DNA of 64,000 nt from an uncultured bacterium (GCA_937863565.1 CALMGJ010000038.1:1-64000); one strand, 5' to 3'. Counted from the stretch's first letter, positions 29,806 to 38,982 are shown. The notes: generated by a model from the letters alone, not told the origin. A program made the numbers and translations.

Positions 29806-31032
29806 TACCTTGAGGGACAATACCATATTGTCCAGCATTGCATAAGGCAGAACGCCTTCTTCCGCTGCCCCCATGAAATCCCCGCCGAACATATCGAAAA
29901 TATTCCCGCTGATTTGAAGCTGGGGAAGTCTTCCTATCAATTTCTCCCCGTCGTAAAGGAAAGAAAGCTGTACGGGCAGCGACATATCGCCCTGAGGCGT
30001 GAAATCCCCTCCGGCGGACATCATCACATATACGGCTTTGCGTCCGCCGAGTATGTCCTTGATCGTTCTGTGCGTCCTGCCGATCTCTATGCCCGGAAGC
30101 GCCAGTGTCGGTTTTCCGTCATAATGCGATACCGATGCTCCGGTAAGTGGCAGTTTATAAAGATCGGCCGTGAATTTATCCGTATACGGGGTCTTGAAAA
30201 CACCCTTCTCGATAAGCGGGTATAAGAAGCCCTTATTGAAAATTCCCTCGGCATCGAAAAATTCGGTATACGCCTTAACGGGATCGGTCGACTGATAAAA
30301 GGAGAATTTTTCGTTGAAGACCTTCCGGCTTTCTTTCCCCGACAGAAGGGAAGTTCCGGAACCGTATGACATCCCACCCAGCGATTCTACAAGTTTGAAC
30401 AAAGCGTCCATACCCTCGTAGTGTTCGATGAATACGACGGGTATCCGCTCTTCCTTGGGAAGAGCCGCTTTTTTCGCGTATGCTCCGCAGAGTCCGTCCA
30501 AAAGCGGTAAGGCGTCATTTCTATCCCATTTTCTTGCTGCATATCCGAATCCGCCGTCTATGATATTGACCGAACTTTTCTCTTTGAAGATGAGAGAAAG
30601 CGCGAAGGTCCTGTCTTCGTTGATAAGATCAAGGCCGAGATCGTTTTTGAGAACGGTCCTGCTTTCCAATATCGAGATCTTGTGAGAGAAAGAAAATCCC
30701 TTGATGGAGTTCCTCAATTCTTTTAAAAATGCCTCATTCTCCTCCATGAACTCCTCAGTGCTCATCTTGAATTCATCTATCAAAATATGCTTCTTCACTC
30801 CCGCGGTTGGCTTGAACGGATAGGGATTCCTGTATTTGAGGGTAGCCGCGGCTTTCTTTGCCAGATCCTCTTCATCATAATGTCCAAGCACGCCCTTGAT
30901 ACCGATAAGGCCTTTATCATAGACGCGTACGGCAGTACGCAGCACATCCTTTTCCTTTACGGAAGCGATCTTCGTCTGCAGGATCTTGACCGAGAAACTC
31001 CTGCTCCTTATCTGGTATAGTTCTCTGTTCAT
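29794..31032 (-). CDS. TldE/PmbA-like protein
   Basis: FFDAEG, LIEKGV..TP..D..TA and GGDFTPQGD.S.PV motifs; no HExxH; directly downstream of tldD. Confidence 0.85.
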   Translation of the reverse strand: MNRELYQIRSRSFSVKILQTKIASVKEKDVLRTAVRVYDKGLIGIKGVLGHYDEEDLAKKAAATLKYRNPYPFKPTAGVKKHILIDEFKMSTEEFMEENEAFLKELRNSIKGFSFSHKISILESRTVLKNDLGLDLINEDRTFALSLIFKEKSSVNIIDGGFGYAARKWDRNDALPLLDGLCGAYAKKAALPKEERIPVVFIEHYEGMDALFKLVESLGGMSYGSGTSLLSGKESRKVFNEKFSFYQSTDPVKAYTEFFDAEGIFNKGFLYPLIEKGVFKTPYTDKFTADLYKLPLTGASVSHYDGKPTLALPGIEIGRTHRTIKDILGGRKAVYVMMSAGGDFTPQGDMSLPVQLSFLYDGEKLIGRLPQLQISGNIFDMFGGDFMGAAEEGVLPYAMLDNMVLSLKVSGI

Positions 31033-31041
31033 TCCGGCCTC

Positions 31042-32376
31042 CTACTGCACATTCAGTTCTTTGATGAGAACGAACGGCCCGCCGATACCGACATTCAGCG
31101 GATACTGTTCCATCTTGCCGCATCCTCCCATCACGAAGGACATCATCTCCATCTTCTTGGAAACGCTCTCGATAAGCGAAAGGGTTTTGAACACATCTCC
31201 GGTCACAACGGAAATGAGAAGGGGTTTCCCTATTTTCCCGTTCTTCACTTCATATGAGATCGAGGGTGCGATGGTAAAAGTGGACATGCCGGAACCGTGT
31301 TTTATCGTTTCTACGAAAATGCCGTCCTTGACCTTGGAAAAGAGCGCCGCCTTTGACAACTTGCCGGCCGCGATATAGGTGTTTGTCATGCGGACTATCG
31401 GCTCGAACTCATAGGAGATGGCTCTCGCATTGCCCGTGGGCTCTTCTTCGAGCTCCGCCGCCGTTTCGCAGCTGTGAAGACGCCCCGTGAGAATGCCGTT
31501 TTTTATAAGAAAGGTCTTCCCGGTTTTTACGCCCTCATCGTCAAAAGCGGCATAACCGGAATAGTTCAGCGTTCCGTCGTCGATGATCGAGAGGATGGAA
31601 CTGCTCACTTTCTTCCCGATCGTCCATTCCTTTTTCATGGCCTCGTCGCCGAGCATGAAATCGGCTTCGCTCTTATGCCCGAAACTTTCATGCGCGAAAA
31701 CGCCCGAAGCATCGGGCGACATTATCACCCTGTACTTGCCGGGTTTTACGGGAACGGCGTTTTTAAAGAATTCCTCGCATTTTTTAAGATAGTGCTCAAG
31801 CCTCACTTCATGACCGCGAAGATCTTCGAAATCATGGGAGGAGGCCTGGTATTTTTCCGTAAGTAAACGCTCGTTGCGCGCCATCTGGAAGATGAAGCAG
31901 AAGCCGCCTTTTTGAAAATCGTGAACGATATCCGCGCCCTTGCTCGAGCAGAACCGTTTCTCTATATAACTGTCAATATAGTAAACGCGCCAGTATTTTA
32001 TATGCTCCCTTTTCATGAACGGGAAATACGCTTTTAGCATGGCTGACTTCTTGTTGAGGCTGATCTTCGAGATGTCTTTTTTCTTGAAATTGAGGTGGAT
32101 CCCTGTATTCACAGGGAATTTTTCCACAACGGGTATCTTATCGATGTCTTTTTTAGGTTTTGCGAACTTGGCGAGCCGGTCGATATGCTTCTGAACATGG
32201 TCGAGGTCCGTCGTTGAAGAATAATACCATCTTTCACCGTCGAAAACGCGGATAAAGGCTCCCTCGATCTCTCTTTCCTTGATCTCATCGAGTTTGCCGA
32301 GAAGATAGGAAGCGGTTGCGGAAGCGGTTTTTTCGATGCGTACATCCGTATAAAGCCCTTTCGGAAATTTGAACAT
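31042..32376 (-). CDS. tldD: TldD metalloprotease
   Basis: GVFAHESFGH, FDDEG, GNARA..Y...PIVRMTNTY and GCGK..Q motifs. Confidence 0.92.
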   Translation of the reverse strand: MFKFPKGLYTDVRIEKTASATASYLLGKLDEIKEREIEGAFIRVFDGERWYYSSTTDLDHVQKHIDRLAKFAKPKKDIDKIPVVEKFPVNTGIHLNFKKKDISKISLNKKSAMLKAYFPFMKREHIKYWRVYYIDSYIEKRFCSSKGADIVHDFQKGGFCFIFQMARNERLLTEKYQASSHDFEDLRGHEVRLEHYLKKCEEFFKNAVPVKPGKYRVIMSPDASGVFAHESFGHKSEADFMLGDEAMKKEWTIGKKVSSSILSIIDDGTLNYSGYAAFDDEGVKTGKTFLIKNGILTGRLHSCETAAELEEEPTGNARAISYEFEPIVRMTNTYIAAGKLSKAALFSKVKDGIFVETIKHGSGMSTFTIAPSISYEVKNGKIGKPLLISVVTGDVFKTLSLIESVSKKMEMMSFVMGGCGKMEQYPLNVGIGGPFVLIKELNVQ

Positions 32377-32399
32377 CACAACCTCCTGATGACTTTAAA

Positions 32400-32428
32400 A
32401 TTATACCAGAATCGGCCGTATTTTACAA
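32400..32428 (-). promoter_or_regulatory. Sigma70-type promoter of tldD-tldE
   Basis: Minus strand TTGTAA-17 nt-TATAAT with extended TG; AGGAGG RBS downstream. Confidence 0.6.
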
Positions 32429-32512
32429 TGATTTACTAGGAAATTTTAATTTTACTTTTAGTGGGTTATTTGTAAATAAAAAAAGCGTTTATAATGGGAA
32501 TTCTTAAAAAAC

Positions 32513-32542
32513 TTGACATAGTTAATTTAAAAGAAGTATAAT
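32513..32542 (+). promoter_or_regulatory. Consensus sigma70 promoter at the head of the AT-rich island
   Basis: TTGACA-18 nt-TATAAT; AGGAGG at 32554-32559. Confidence 0.75.
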
Positions 32543-32563
32543 GATACGATAAAAGGAGGCGTT

Positions 32564-32683
32564 ATGTTAAATCAGAGGCTCCGGGGCATCATCTTTACTT
32601 CTACGATATTTCTCATTTCAATACAGATCCCGGCATTCTCGGAAGAAAACAGGGAATATACTCAGGCCGGGCAGATGGGGTAG
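32564..32683 (+). pseudogene. 39-aa signal-peptide ORF; truncated secreted-protein gene or small secreted peptide
   Basis: Manual translation MLNQRLRGIIFTSTIFLISIQIPAFSEENREYTQAGQMG*; strong promoter and RBS; the stop lies inside a junction hairpin. Confidence 0.55.
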
Positions 32684-32720
32684 AGTAATTCATGAGTGCA
32701 TTCTGTTCCAAGGTAAAGGG

Positions 32721-33401
32721 ATGAAGCGAATTATTTCTCTGATGATATTATTCTTGCTGGGGATTTCACTTGAAGCGAATACACTGACCTTAAGATTATC
32801 AATGAATGATTACAATCGCCTTGAATTCGAAGGTTTCATAAAGGAATATCATCATTGGTACGATATACAGATATTTGCGGATCTGATGCTCAATTATAGA
32901 ATTCCGCTTGGAGATAAATATATGTTGGGATTTACCACACAAGTAAAATCATTTCAAGACTCCAATCGCGAGTATTTTCTGTATTTATTCTTTTCCGGCC
33001 GCTTTACATTTCTATTATCAGAATATTCGGAACTCAGTTTGCAGATCCCTGCAAGATATTTTCCCGCTTTCGGATATTGGGACCCTATGGGATTTCTTCT
33101 TGAGAAGGAAGAGACGATCTATTATGAATGCAGAAAGAAAAGATTCTCATACCATATAGGCTTTGCTTTTGACATTGCTATCATATTTCAGTGCCAATAT
33201 TATTTCTGTAAATATTTCGGACTTGAATACGGAATAGAGATACGGCATGAAGAAGGCCTTGAGATCATTCCAATGGATATATCTTACCACAGGATCGGAC
33301 TGCTATTTAATGTCAAGTGCATAGATTGTAGGATTTACTATCATGAAGGCCGTGGCGACCCGGTTGTCAGAGTGGCAGGGAACATAGGAATAAAATTATG
33401 A
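32721..33401 (+). CDS. Hypothetical secreted beta-strand-rich protein (island paralog 1)
   Basis: Signal peptide; aromatic-rich alternating strands; ends AGNIGIKL. Confidence 0.75.
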   Translation: MKRIISLMILFLLGISLEANTLTLRLSMNDYNRLEFEGFIKEYHHWYDIQIFADLMLNYRIPLGDKYMLGFTTQVKSFQDSNREYFLYLFFSGRFTFLLSEYSELSLQIPARYFPAFGYWDPMGFLLEKEETIYYECRKKRFSYHIGFAFDIAIIFQCQYYFCKYFGLEYGIEIRHEEGLEIIPMDISYHRIGLLFNVKCIDCRIYYHEGRGDPVVRVAGNIGIKL

Positions 33402-33433
33402 ATGGGGACGGTTGTTGCATTTGTTGCAAAATC
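33394..33433 (+). repeat. 40-bp direct repeat, copy 1, spanning the paralog 1 stop
   Basis: AATTATGAATGGGGACGGTTGTTGCATTTGTTGCAAAATC; 34/40 identical to 34991-35030. Confidence 0.85.
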
Positions 33434-33474
33434 ACTGGAAAATGAATAAGGATAAGACCCTTTATACTAACATT

Positions 33475-33492
33475 AAGGCGGAGTGATGAAAA
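33475..33492 (+). repeat. 18-bp direct repeat (RBS and start), copy 1
   Basis: AAGGCGGAGTGATGAAAA; identical to 34295-34312. Confidence 0.85.
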
Positions 33493-34256
33493 GAATATTT
33501 CTTTTGCACATGGTTATATTGCTGATGATATCTTATGGGAATGATTTTGATATAAAAATATCATTAGGAGGTTCTGACGCAGAATTATTGTTCTATAAAG
33601 ATCTCAGATTAGATGACATTCAGAAGGATATTAATGATGATACGACATCTTTTCTGGCTCTTTATGACGATCAACACATTAATGTTTACGGAGGCTTGTA
33701 TTTAAATTTTACGACGGAAGTAAACAAAAGAATGGAATTTAATATTCAAACCCATATGAAAATATTTAAAGAGAAAATCCATTTATTCAATCACGACGAT
33801 TTCACGACAACAGCCTTTGAAGAATATGTAAATACGGCGGTTATTATTAACCCCAGGTTATCTATTTCACTTGTTAATAAAATAAAACTGAATATTCAAT
33901 GCCACTTAGGTTATTATCCAAGCATTAACAAATTCCATTTGCATATCGCAGAATCGCCGTTTATTAATTTCTATGCTGAATTCTTTATATTAAGCTGGCT
34001 TGAAATAGGAATTGGACTTACTCCGTCAGCATGGCTCAGAATATATCCTTTTAAAGGGACATCTATTGAGATCAGGGCCATTGATATTCTTCCGGATCCC
34101 TATGGAGGAAACGAGAGATACATTCATATACAACTCAGACACGAATTCGCATCCAAAAGCAGAATATTATGGCTGAAGAAATTTCATATTGAAGCAACAT
34201 TGCACAATGGATTTTTCGGTGTTCCGCTTGCTTTGGCAATCGGAGGAGAAATATAA
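33483..34256 (+). CDS. Hypothetical secreted beta-strand-rich protein (island paralog 2)
   Basis: Signal peptide; NPRLSISL..KIKLNIQ..LGYYP aligns by eye with paralogs 1 and 3. Confidence 0.75.
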   Translation: MMKRIFLLHMVILLMISYGNDFDIKISLGGSDAELLFYKDLRLDDIQKDINDDTTSFLALYDDQHINVYGGLYLNFTTEVNKRMEFNIQTHMKIFKEKIHLFNHDDFTTTAFEEYVNTAVIINPRLSISLVNKIKLNIQCHLGYYPSINKFHLHIAESPFINFYAEFFILSWLEIGIGLTPSAWLRIYPFKGTSIEIRAIDILPDPYGGNERYIHIQLRHEFASKSRILWLKKFHIEATLHNGFFGVPLALAIGGEI

Positions 34257-34294
34257 AGATAATGAAATGGCTGAGCCCCCTTTTCTCCACCTGC

Positions 34295-34312
34295 AAGGCG
34301 GAGTGATGAAAA
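34295..34312 (+). repeat. 18-bp direct repeat (RBS and start), copy 2
   Basis: AAGGCGGAGTGATGAAAA. Confidence 0.85.
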
Positions 34313-34998
34313 AATTATTATTTGTTATCCTTCTTTTCAGCGTTTATTTATCTTTAGAATGCAAAGCGTTTATATCTTTGACATACAACAATCGTATTTT
34401 GAATAATGAACTCGAGGGATTTGAAAACTATCTTCAACATATTGAAACAGAATACATCAAATGTTATCGTACCTCGTATGAAATCAGAAACAGATGGGAG
34501 ATCAACCTATCAAAAAGGTTCATGTTCAAGATCGATATGATATTCGCATCCCTGGATAGGATCGAAACGGTACCATTACCCGATCCGGAATTGTTCATAG
34601 GTACGGACCCGGCATTCGTATGGCATATCACGGAAAAATTTTCATTCGGCATCAAATATTCTTTCAAATACTTCATTAAGGCGGGATATTTTGATCTGAA
34701 CATCGAAAATATAACTGATGGTGCGGCAGAATTGATGTTCATGGAACTGCATTTTCCGAAAGTGGAAATCCATTTAGGATGTTCATGGATTCCCATATTG
34801 TTAAACACATCCGCTTTCCTGGAGTGGAGGATATTCAAGTATTTAGGGACGAGGGTCGGTCTTTATCATTGCCCCAATGCCCCGAAGTTATTAGACCCCG
34901 TCGGAGAAATAGGCCTTATATTCTATTTTAAAGAATTAAAAGCGATGCTGTTTTGGCATGAGGCACATTTAGGCGGGAAGATCGAGGTCCAATTATGA
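34303..34998 (+). CDS. Hypothetical secreted beta-strand-rich protein (island paralog 3)
   Basis: GTG/ATG after GGAG; signal peptide; shares EGF, KY.G, IGL.F..K and HE motifs and the terminal strand with paralog 1. Confidence 0.75.
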   Translation: MMKKLLFVILLFSVYLSLECKAFISLTYNNRILNNELEGFENYLQHIETEYIKCYRTSYEIRNRWEINLSKRFMFKIDMIFASLDRIETVPLPDPELFIGTDPAFVWHITEKFSFGIKYSFKYFIKAGYFDLNIENITDGAAELMFMELHFPKVEIHLGCSWIPILLNTSAFLEWRIFKYLGTRVGLYHCPNAPKLLDPVGEIGLIFYFKELKAMLFWHEAHLGGKIEVQL

Positions 34999-35030
34999 AT
35001 GGGGACAATGGTTGCAAGAGTTGCAAAATC
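34991..35030 (+). repeat. 40-bp direct repeat, copy 2, spanning the paralog 3 stop
   Basis: AATTATGAATGGGGACAATGGTTGCAAGAGTTGCAAAATC. Confidence 0.85.
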
Positions 35031-35201
35031 GCCGTAAGGCTTGTCTTTTTAACATATATGCAAAATAATAAATACAATAGATACCCAAACGGAAAGCCCC
35101 TGAAGACGGGTAAAGTTGCGGTGATCAAATGAGGGAACACTATTAATCAATGCCGTGGTCCTGAAATCATTCGCTAAATGGGCAGATAAAAAGGCTTTCT
35201 T

Positions 35202-35230
35202 TTGCTTTTTTTCCCATTTTATTTTATAAT
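35202..35230 (+). promoter_or_regulatory. Sigma70-type promoter of the DUF59-ligase-Fur operon
   Basis: TTGCTT-17 nt-TATAAT; GGAGG before the ATG at 35256. Confidence 0.6.
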
Positions 35231-35255
35231 AGAAAAATATGGAACGGGAGGTTGT

Positions 35256-35555
35256 ATGGCCACAAAAGAACAGGTATTGGAAAAATTGGGGAAGGTTCTG
35301 GACCCGGAACTCGGTCTGGACATAGTTTCACTCGGTTTCATCTACGAGATCGCTTTTCCGGCGCCGGATTCCGTGCATGTCAAGATGACCCTTTCGGTCC
35401 CGGGCTGCCCCCTTGTCTCCTTCCTTACCAATGAGGCGAAAACGGTCATACTGGAACTTCCCGATGTGAAGAACGCCGAGATAGAGCTCGTGTTCGACCC
35501 TCCGTGGTCGCCGGACATGATCACGGAAGAGACAAGAAAGAAACTGGGGTTGTGA
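35256..35555 (+). CDS. DUF59 (SufT/PaaD-like) metal-sulfur cluster assembly factor
   Basis: V.DPELGLDIVSLGFIY, MTL..PGCP and LVFDPPWSPDM motifs. Confidence 0.93.
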   Translation: MATKEQVLEKLGKVLDPELGLDIVSLGFIYEIAFPAPDSVHVKMTLSVPGCPLVSFLTNEAKTVILELPDVKNAEIELVFDPPWSPDMITEETRKKLGL

Positions 35556-35556
35556 T

Positions 35557-37086
35557 ATGCAAACATGCGAAAATCTTAAAGATGCCATAAATAAAGCCTT
35601 CAAGGCTTATCCGAAAAAAATATTCATGAAATTTCACGGCAAGAAATACACTTTTTCGGATATGAAGCACTATTCCAATAAGATCATACATTACCTTTCT
35701 CATCTCGGTTTGAAATACCAGGATAAGATAGCTACCTACTCGAGGAATATACCGGATTTCATAATACTGAATATTGCGGCGCTCAGAATGGGTGTCACGA
35801 TCATCCCGGTAAATTATCTTCTCACCTCCGGCGAAGTGGAGTATATCGTAAAGGACAGCGGTGTTAAACATCTTTTCGTTCAAGATGTATTTGTAGACCA
35901 CCTCAAGGAACTCCTGGATAAAAAAACAGTCCCGGATGTCCTCATTCTCGGAGGAAAGGCAGAAGGTTTTTCCAATCTGATGGAAGAAATAGAGAATTCC
36001 GCGGATGACAGTATGGATATCAATTATCCGGTCAAACACTCCGACCTTGCCATGATCATCTATACTTCAGGCACTACAGGCAACCCCAAGGGCGTGATGC
36101 TCACCCACAATAACCTTCTTTCCAATGTCAAGGACCTCATCGAAATAACCAATGTGAGCCATAATGCCGTACTGTACGGCCTTTTACCTCTTTTTCACGC
36201 GTATTCGTATACAACATCCTTCCTTTTATGTCTTGTGTGGGGCTGCCGGATGATCCTCATAGACGATCTTTCCAACGGCAAACTCATCGTGAAAACCCTT
36301 GTGAAGGAGCGCGTAAACTGGCTTATTGCGGTACCGACGCTTTTCAATGCGCTTTCCAAGGCTAACTTGCCCGGAATATTCAAATTGATCAATCCTCTGA
36401 AATACTGTATTTCAGGCGCAGCGCCTCTGCCTCCCGCCACCGTGGAGCGGTTCAAGGCAAAATTCGGACTATATATACATGAAGGATACGGCCTTTCGGA
36501 ATGTTCCCCCGTCGTTTCCGCCAATTCGCCGCTTAAGCCGCCCGTTATAGGTTCTGTTGGAAAAGCGCTTCCTTCCGTTTCGATCAAGATCGTTGGCGAG
36601 AGCGAGAATGAAGTAGCGTCCGGCGAAATGGGCGAGATCATAGTGAAAGGACCCAATGTAATGGAGGGATATTACAATAATAAGGAAGAGACCGAGAAGG
36701 TCCTGAAGAACGGCTGGCTTTTCACGGGCGACTATGGAAGGTTCGATTCCGACGGCAATCTCTATATTCTGGACAGGAAGAAGGACCTTATAATAAAACA
36801 CGGGATGAACATATATCCCCAGGAGATAGAGCGCGTCCTGATGAAAGAAGAGGCCATCAAGGAATCGGCTGTGGTCGGCGTAGAGGTCTCCCCCGGCGTG
36901 GAAGTTCCCGTAGCGTTCTACGAAACAGTCGATAAAAAACCCATCCCGGGAAATATCCTGCGAAATCTATGCGGGAAATACCTGGCCCCTTACAAGATAC
37001 CGCAGAAGTTCATCTTTCTTGAAGAGCTTCCCAAAACCCCGACCAATAAACCACTGAAAAGAGAACTGAAAAAGATGAAGATATGA
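35557..37086 (+). CDS. Long-chain acyl-CoA ligase (FadD-like AMP-binding enzyme)
   Basis: IYTSGTTGNPKG, EGYGLSE, GWLFTGD and DRKKDLII motifs. Confidence 0.92.
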   Translation: MQTCENLKDAINKAFKAYPKKIFMKFHGKKYTFSDMKHYSNKIIHYLSHLGLKYQDKIATYSRNIPDFIILNIAALRMGVTIIPVNYLLTSGEVEYIVKDSGVKHLFVQDVFVDHLKELLDKKTVPDVLILGGKAEGFSNLMEEIENSADDSMDINYPVKHSDLAMIIYTSGTTGNPKGVMLTHNNLLSNVKDLIEITNVSHNAVLYGLLPLFHAYSYTTSFLLCLVWGCRMILIDDLSNGKLIVKTLVKERVNWLIAVPTLFNALSKANLPGIFKLINPLKYCISGAAPLPPATVERFKAKFGLYIHEGYGLSECSPVVSANSPLKPPVIGSVGKALPSVSIKIVGESENEVASGEMGEIIVKGPNVMEGYYNNKEETEKVLKNGWLFTGDYGRFDSDGNLYILDRKKDLIIKHGMNIYPQEIERVLMKEEAIKESAVVGVEVSPGVEVPVAFYETVDKKPIPGNILRNLCGKYLAPYKIPQKFIFLEELPKTPTNKPLKRELKKMKI

Positions 37087-37517
37087 GCGCAAGAGAAAAA
37101 GAAATAGAGAACATGCTCAGGGAACTCGGGCTTAAGGTGACCCCGCAAAGAAAAGAAATAGTAAAATACATTTTTGCCAATAATCACTGCTCCGCACCCG
37201 AGATAAAAGAGCATACCGATAAGGTAATATCTTCCGTTTCGTATTCGACGATCTATCTCACGGCGGGAAAACTTGCGGAAGCCGGGATCATTATTCCGGT
37301 ATCCTTCGAGCCCGGCGTGGTAAGATACGATACGAACACGGAACCCCATCTTCACGTTGTTTGCTATGAATGCGGGCATGTTACCGAGGTGCCTTTCAAT
37401 ATAGGCGATCATAATTTTGAGGAGCTTCTTTCAGAAAACGGTTTCAATGATATCGCAGGCTTCGACATACACTTCTTCGCCAAGTGTAAAGAATGCTCCA
37501 GAAGTGTAAAAAAATAA
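37083..37517 (+). CDS. Fur/PerR-family transcriptional regulator
   Basis: GLKVTPQR, RYD....PHLH.VC.EC and C..C motifs. Confidence 0.92.
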   Translation: MSAREKEIENMLRELGLKVTPQRKEIVKYIFANNHCSAPEIKEHTDKVISSVSYSTIYLTAGKLAEAGIIIPVSFEPGVVRYDTNTEPHLHVVCYECGHVTEVPFNIGDHNFEELLSENGFNDIAGFDIHFFAKCKECSRSVKK

Positions 37518-37561
37518 TACAAAAAAAAGAATACACTTCCCAAAATAACTGGATTTAATAC

Positions 37562-37577
37562 TGGCATATATCTTGCA
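37562..37577 (+). promoter_or_regulatory. Sigma54 (-24/-12) promoter upstream of degP
   Basis: TGGCATATATCTTGCA with GG-N10-GC spacing; GGAGG RBS and ATG at 37606 follow. Confidence 0.75.
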
Positions 37578-37605
37578 CATTTTGGTTTTTTTCCGGAGGT
37601 TATTT

Positions 37606-38982
37606 ATGAAAAGAACACTATCCGTTCTATTGGTCGTTCTGCTTCTTTCTTTTACTGCGGCCCAGACGGGTCAGGACTATCTAAAAGCGCTTTCAAGGGC
37701 TTTCATCGATGTTTCCAGTAAAGTCCGCCCCGCAGTGGTGAATGTAAGCACGGAGGGAGAGATCAAGCAGCAGCTCAATCCCTGGATGAATGATGAATTC
37801 TTCAAATTCTTTTTCGGAGAGGAGCCTGAAGCGCGGGAACAGGTAAGAAAGGTCAGTTCGCTGGGAAGCGGGTTCATCATATCGGAAGACGGATACATTC
37901 TCACTAATTATCATGTGATCAAAGATGCTACCAAAATAACGATAACGCTCCTGGACGGGAAGACTTTCAATGCCGAGATCATTGGGAGCGATCAGATATA
38001 CGATATAGCTCTTCTCAAGATAAAAGGCAATAAACTTCCTTATGCGGTGCTCGGCGATTCCGATGAACTCGAGATCGGGGAATGGGTTGTTGCCATAGGC
38101 AATCCTTACGGCCTCAATTTCTCCGTCACGGCAGGTATCGTTTCGGCCCTGGGAAGGGAAAGTAAAACAGAATTCGGAATTCAGAGGATGATACAGACCG
38201 ATGCCGCCATCAACAAGGGGAATTCAGGGGGCCCGCTCATCAATCTTGATGGAGAGGTCGTAGGCATCAACTCGGCCATCGTATCGCAGACGGGCGGTTT
38301 CGAAGGCGCAAGTTTCGCGGTACCAATAAATATGGCCCGTTCGATCCTCGATCAGCTTAAGAAAAAGGGCGTAGTGCGAAGAGGTTTTCTGGGAGTGACG
38401 GTACAGACCATAGATAAAGATCTCAGAAAGGGTTTTAATATCGAAGGCGAGAACGGCGTTGTTGTGACCGATGTGATCCGCGGCAGCGCTGCCGAGAAGG
38501 CGGGTATCCAGGTAGGGGACATCATTCTTAAGGTCAATGATAAGGAAATAAAGGAATTCTATGACCTTCATTTCACTATATCCTCATTCGCTCCCGGTGA
38601 CGAGGTAAAAATAGAATTGATCAGAAATAAGAAGAAAAGAACTGTCGTAGCCAAGCTCAAGGACAGGGACGACTATGCCGGGGAACCCCAGACCAGATAT
38701 GATATGATCGGCCTTAAAGTGCAGTCGCTGACCGAAAGCATGAGAATGAAATACAAGATCCCCGCTGATGTTCAGGGCGTCATCGTAGTTGGAGTGGAAA
38801 ACGGCAAATTCGGAGAGAAGGCAAGACTCGAAGCGGGGGATGTGATCATCAGCGTGAACAATGAAAGGATAGCGACAATGGACGATTATCTCAATATTAT
38901 GAAAACGATACAGCCCAGAAACGGCATCCTTTTCTATCTCTACAGGGACGGGAGCAAGATATACACGTATTACGCGGAATAA
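37606..38982 (+). CDS. degP: Do/DegP-family periplasmic serine protease with two PDZ domains
   Basis: Signal peptide; LGSGFII, TNYHV, DIALLKI and IQTDAAINKGNSGGPL motifs; two PDZ domains. Confidence 0.93.
   Translation: MKRTLSVLLVVLLLSFTAAQTGQDYLKALSRAFIDVSSKVRPAVVNVSTEGEIKQQLNPWMNDEFFKFFFGEEPEAREQVRKVSSLGSGFIISEDGYILTNYHVIKDATKITITLLDGKTFNAEIIGSDQIYDIALLKIKGNKLPYAVLGDSDELEIGEWVVAIGNPYGLNFSVTAGIVSALGRESKTEFGIQRMIQTDAAINKGNSGGPLINLDGEVVGINSAIVSQTGGFEGASFAVPINMARSILDQLKKKGVVRRGFLGVTVQTIDKDLRKGFNIEGENGVVVTDVIRGSAAEKAGIQVGDIILKVNDKEIKEFYDLHFTISSFAPGDEVKIELIRNKKKRTVVAKLKDRDDYAGEPQTRYDMIGLKVQSLTESMRMKYKIPADVQGVIVVGVENGKFGEKARLEAGDVIISVNNERIATMDDYLNIMKTIQPRNGILFYLYRDGSKIYTYYAE

Noticed and set aside
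29794-32683. TldDE plus the 39-aa ORF plus MFS as a RiPP (microcin-like) cluster
   Set aside because: No modifying enzymes are present, the peptide has a Sec-type signal, and tldDE is commonly a stand-alone housekeeping pair.
33394-35030. Island repeats as a CRISPR array or classical attC sites
   Set aside because: There are only two copies, 1.6 kb apart and separated by genes; no cas or intI gene and no RYYYAAC/GTTRRRY pair was seen.
35085-35200. Possible c-di-GMP or SAM riboswitch upstream of DUF59
   Set aside because: The core consensus motifs do not match, and the segment lies upstream of the predicted promoter at 35202-35230.
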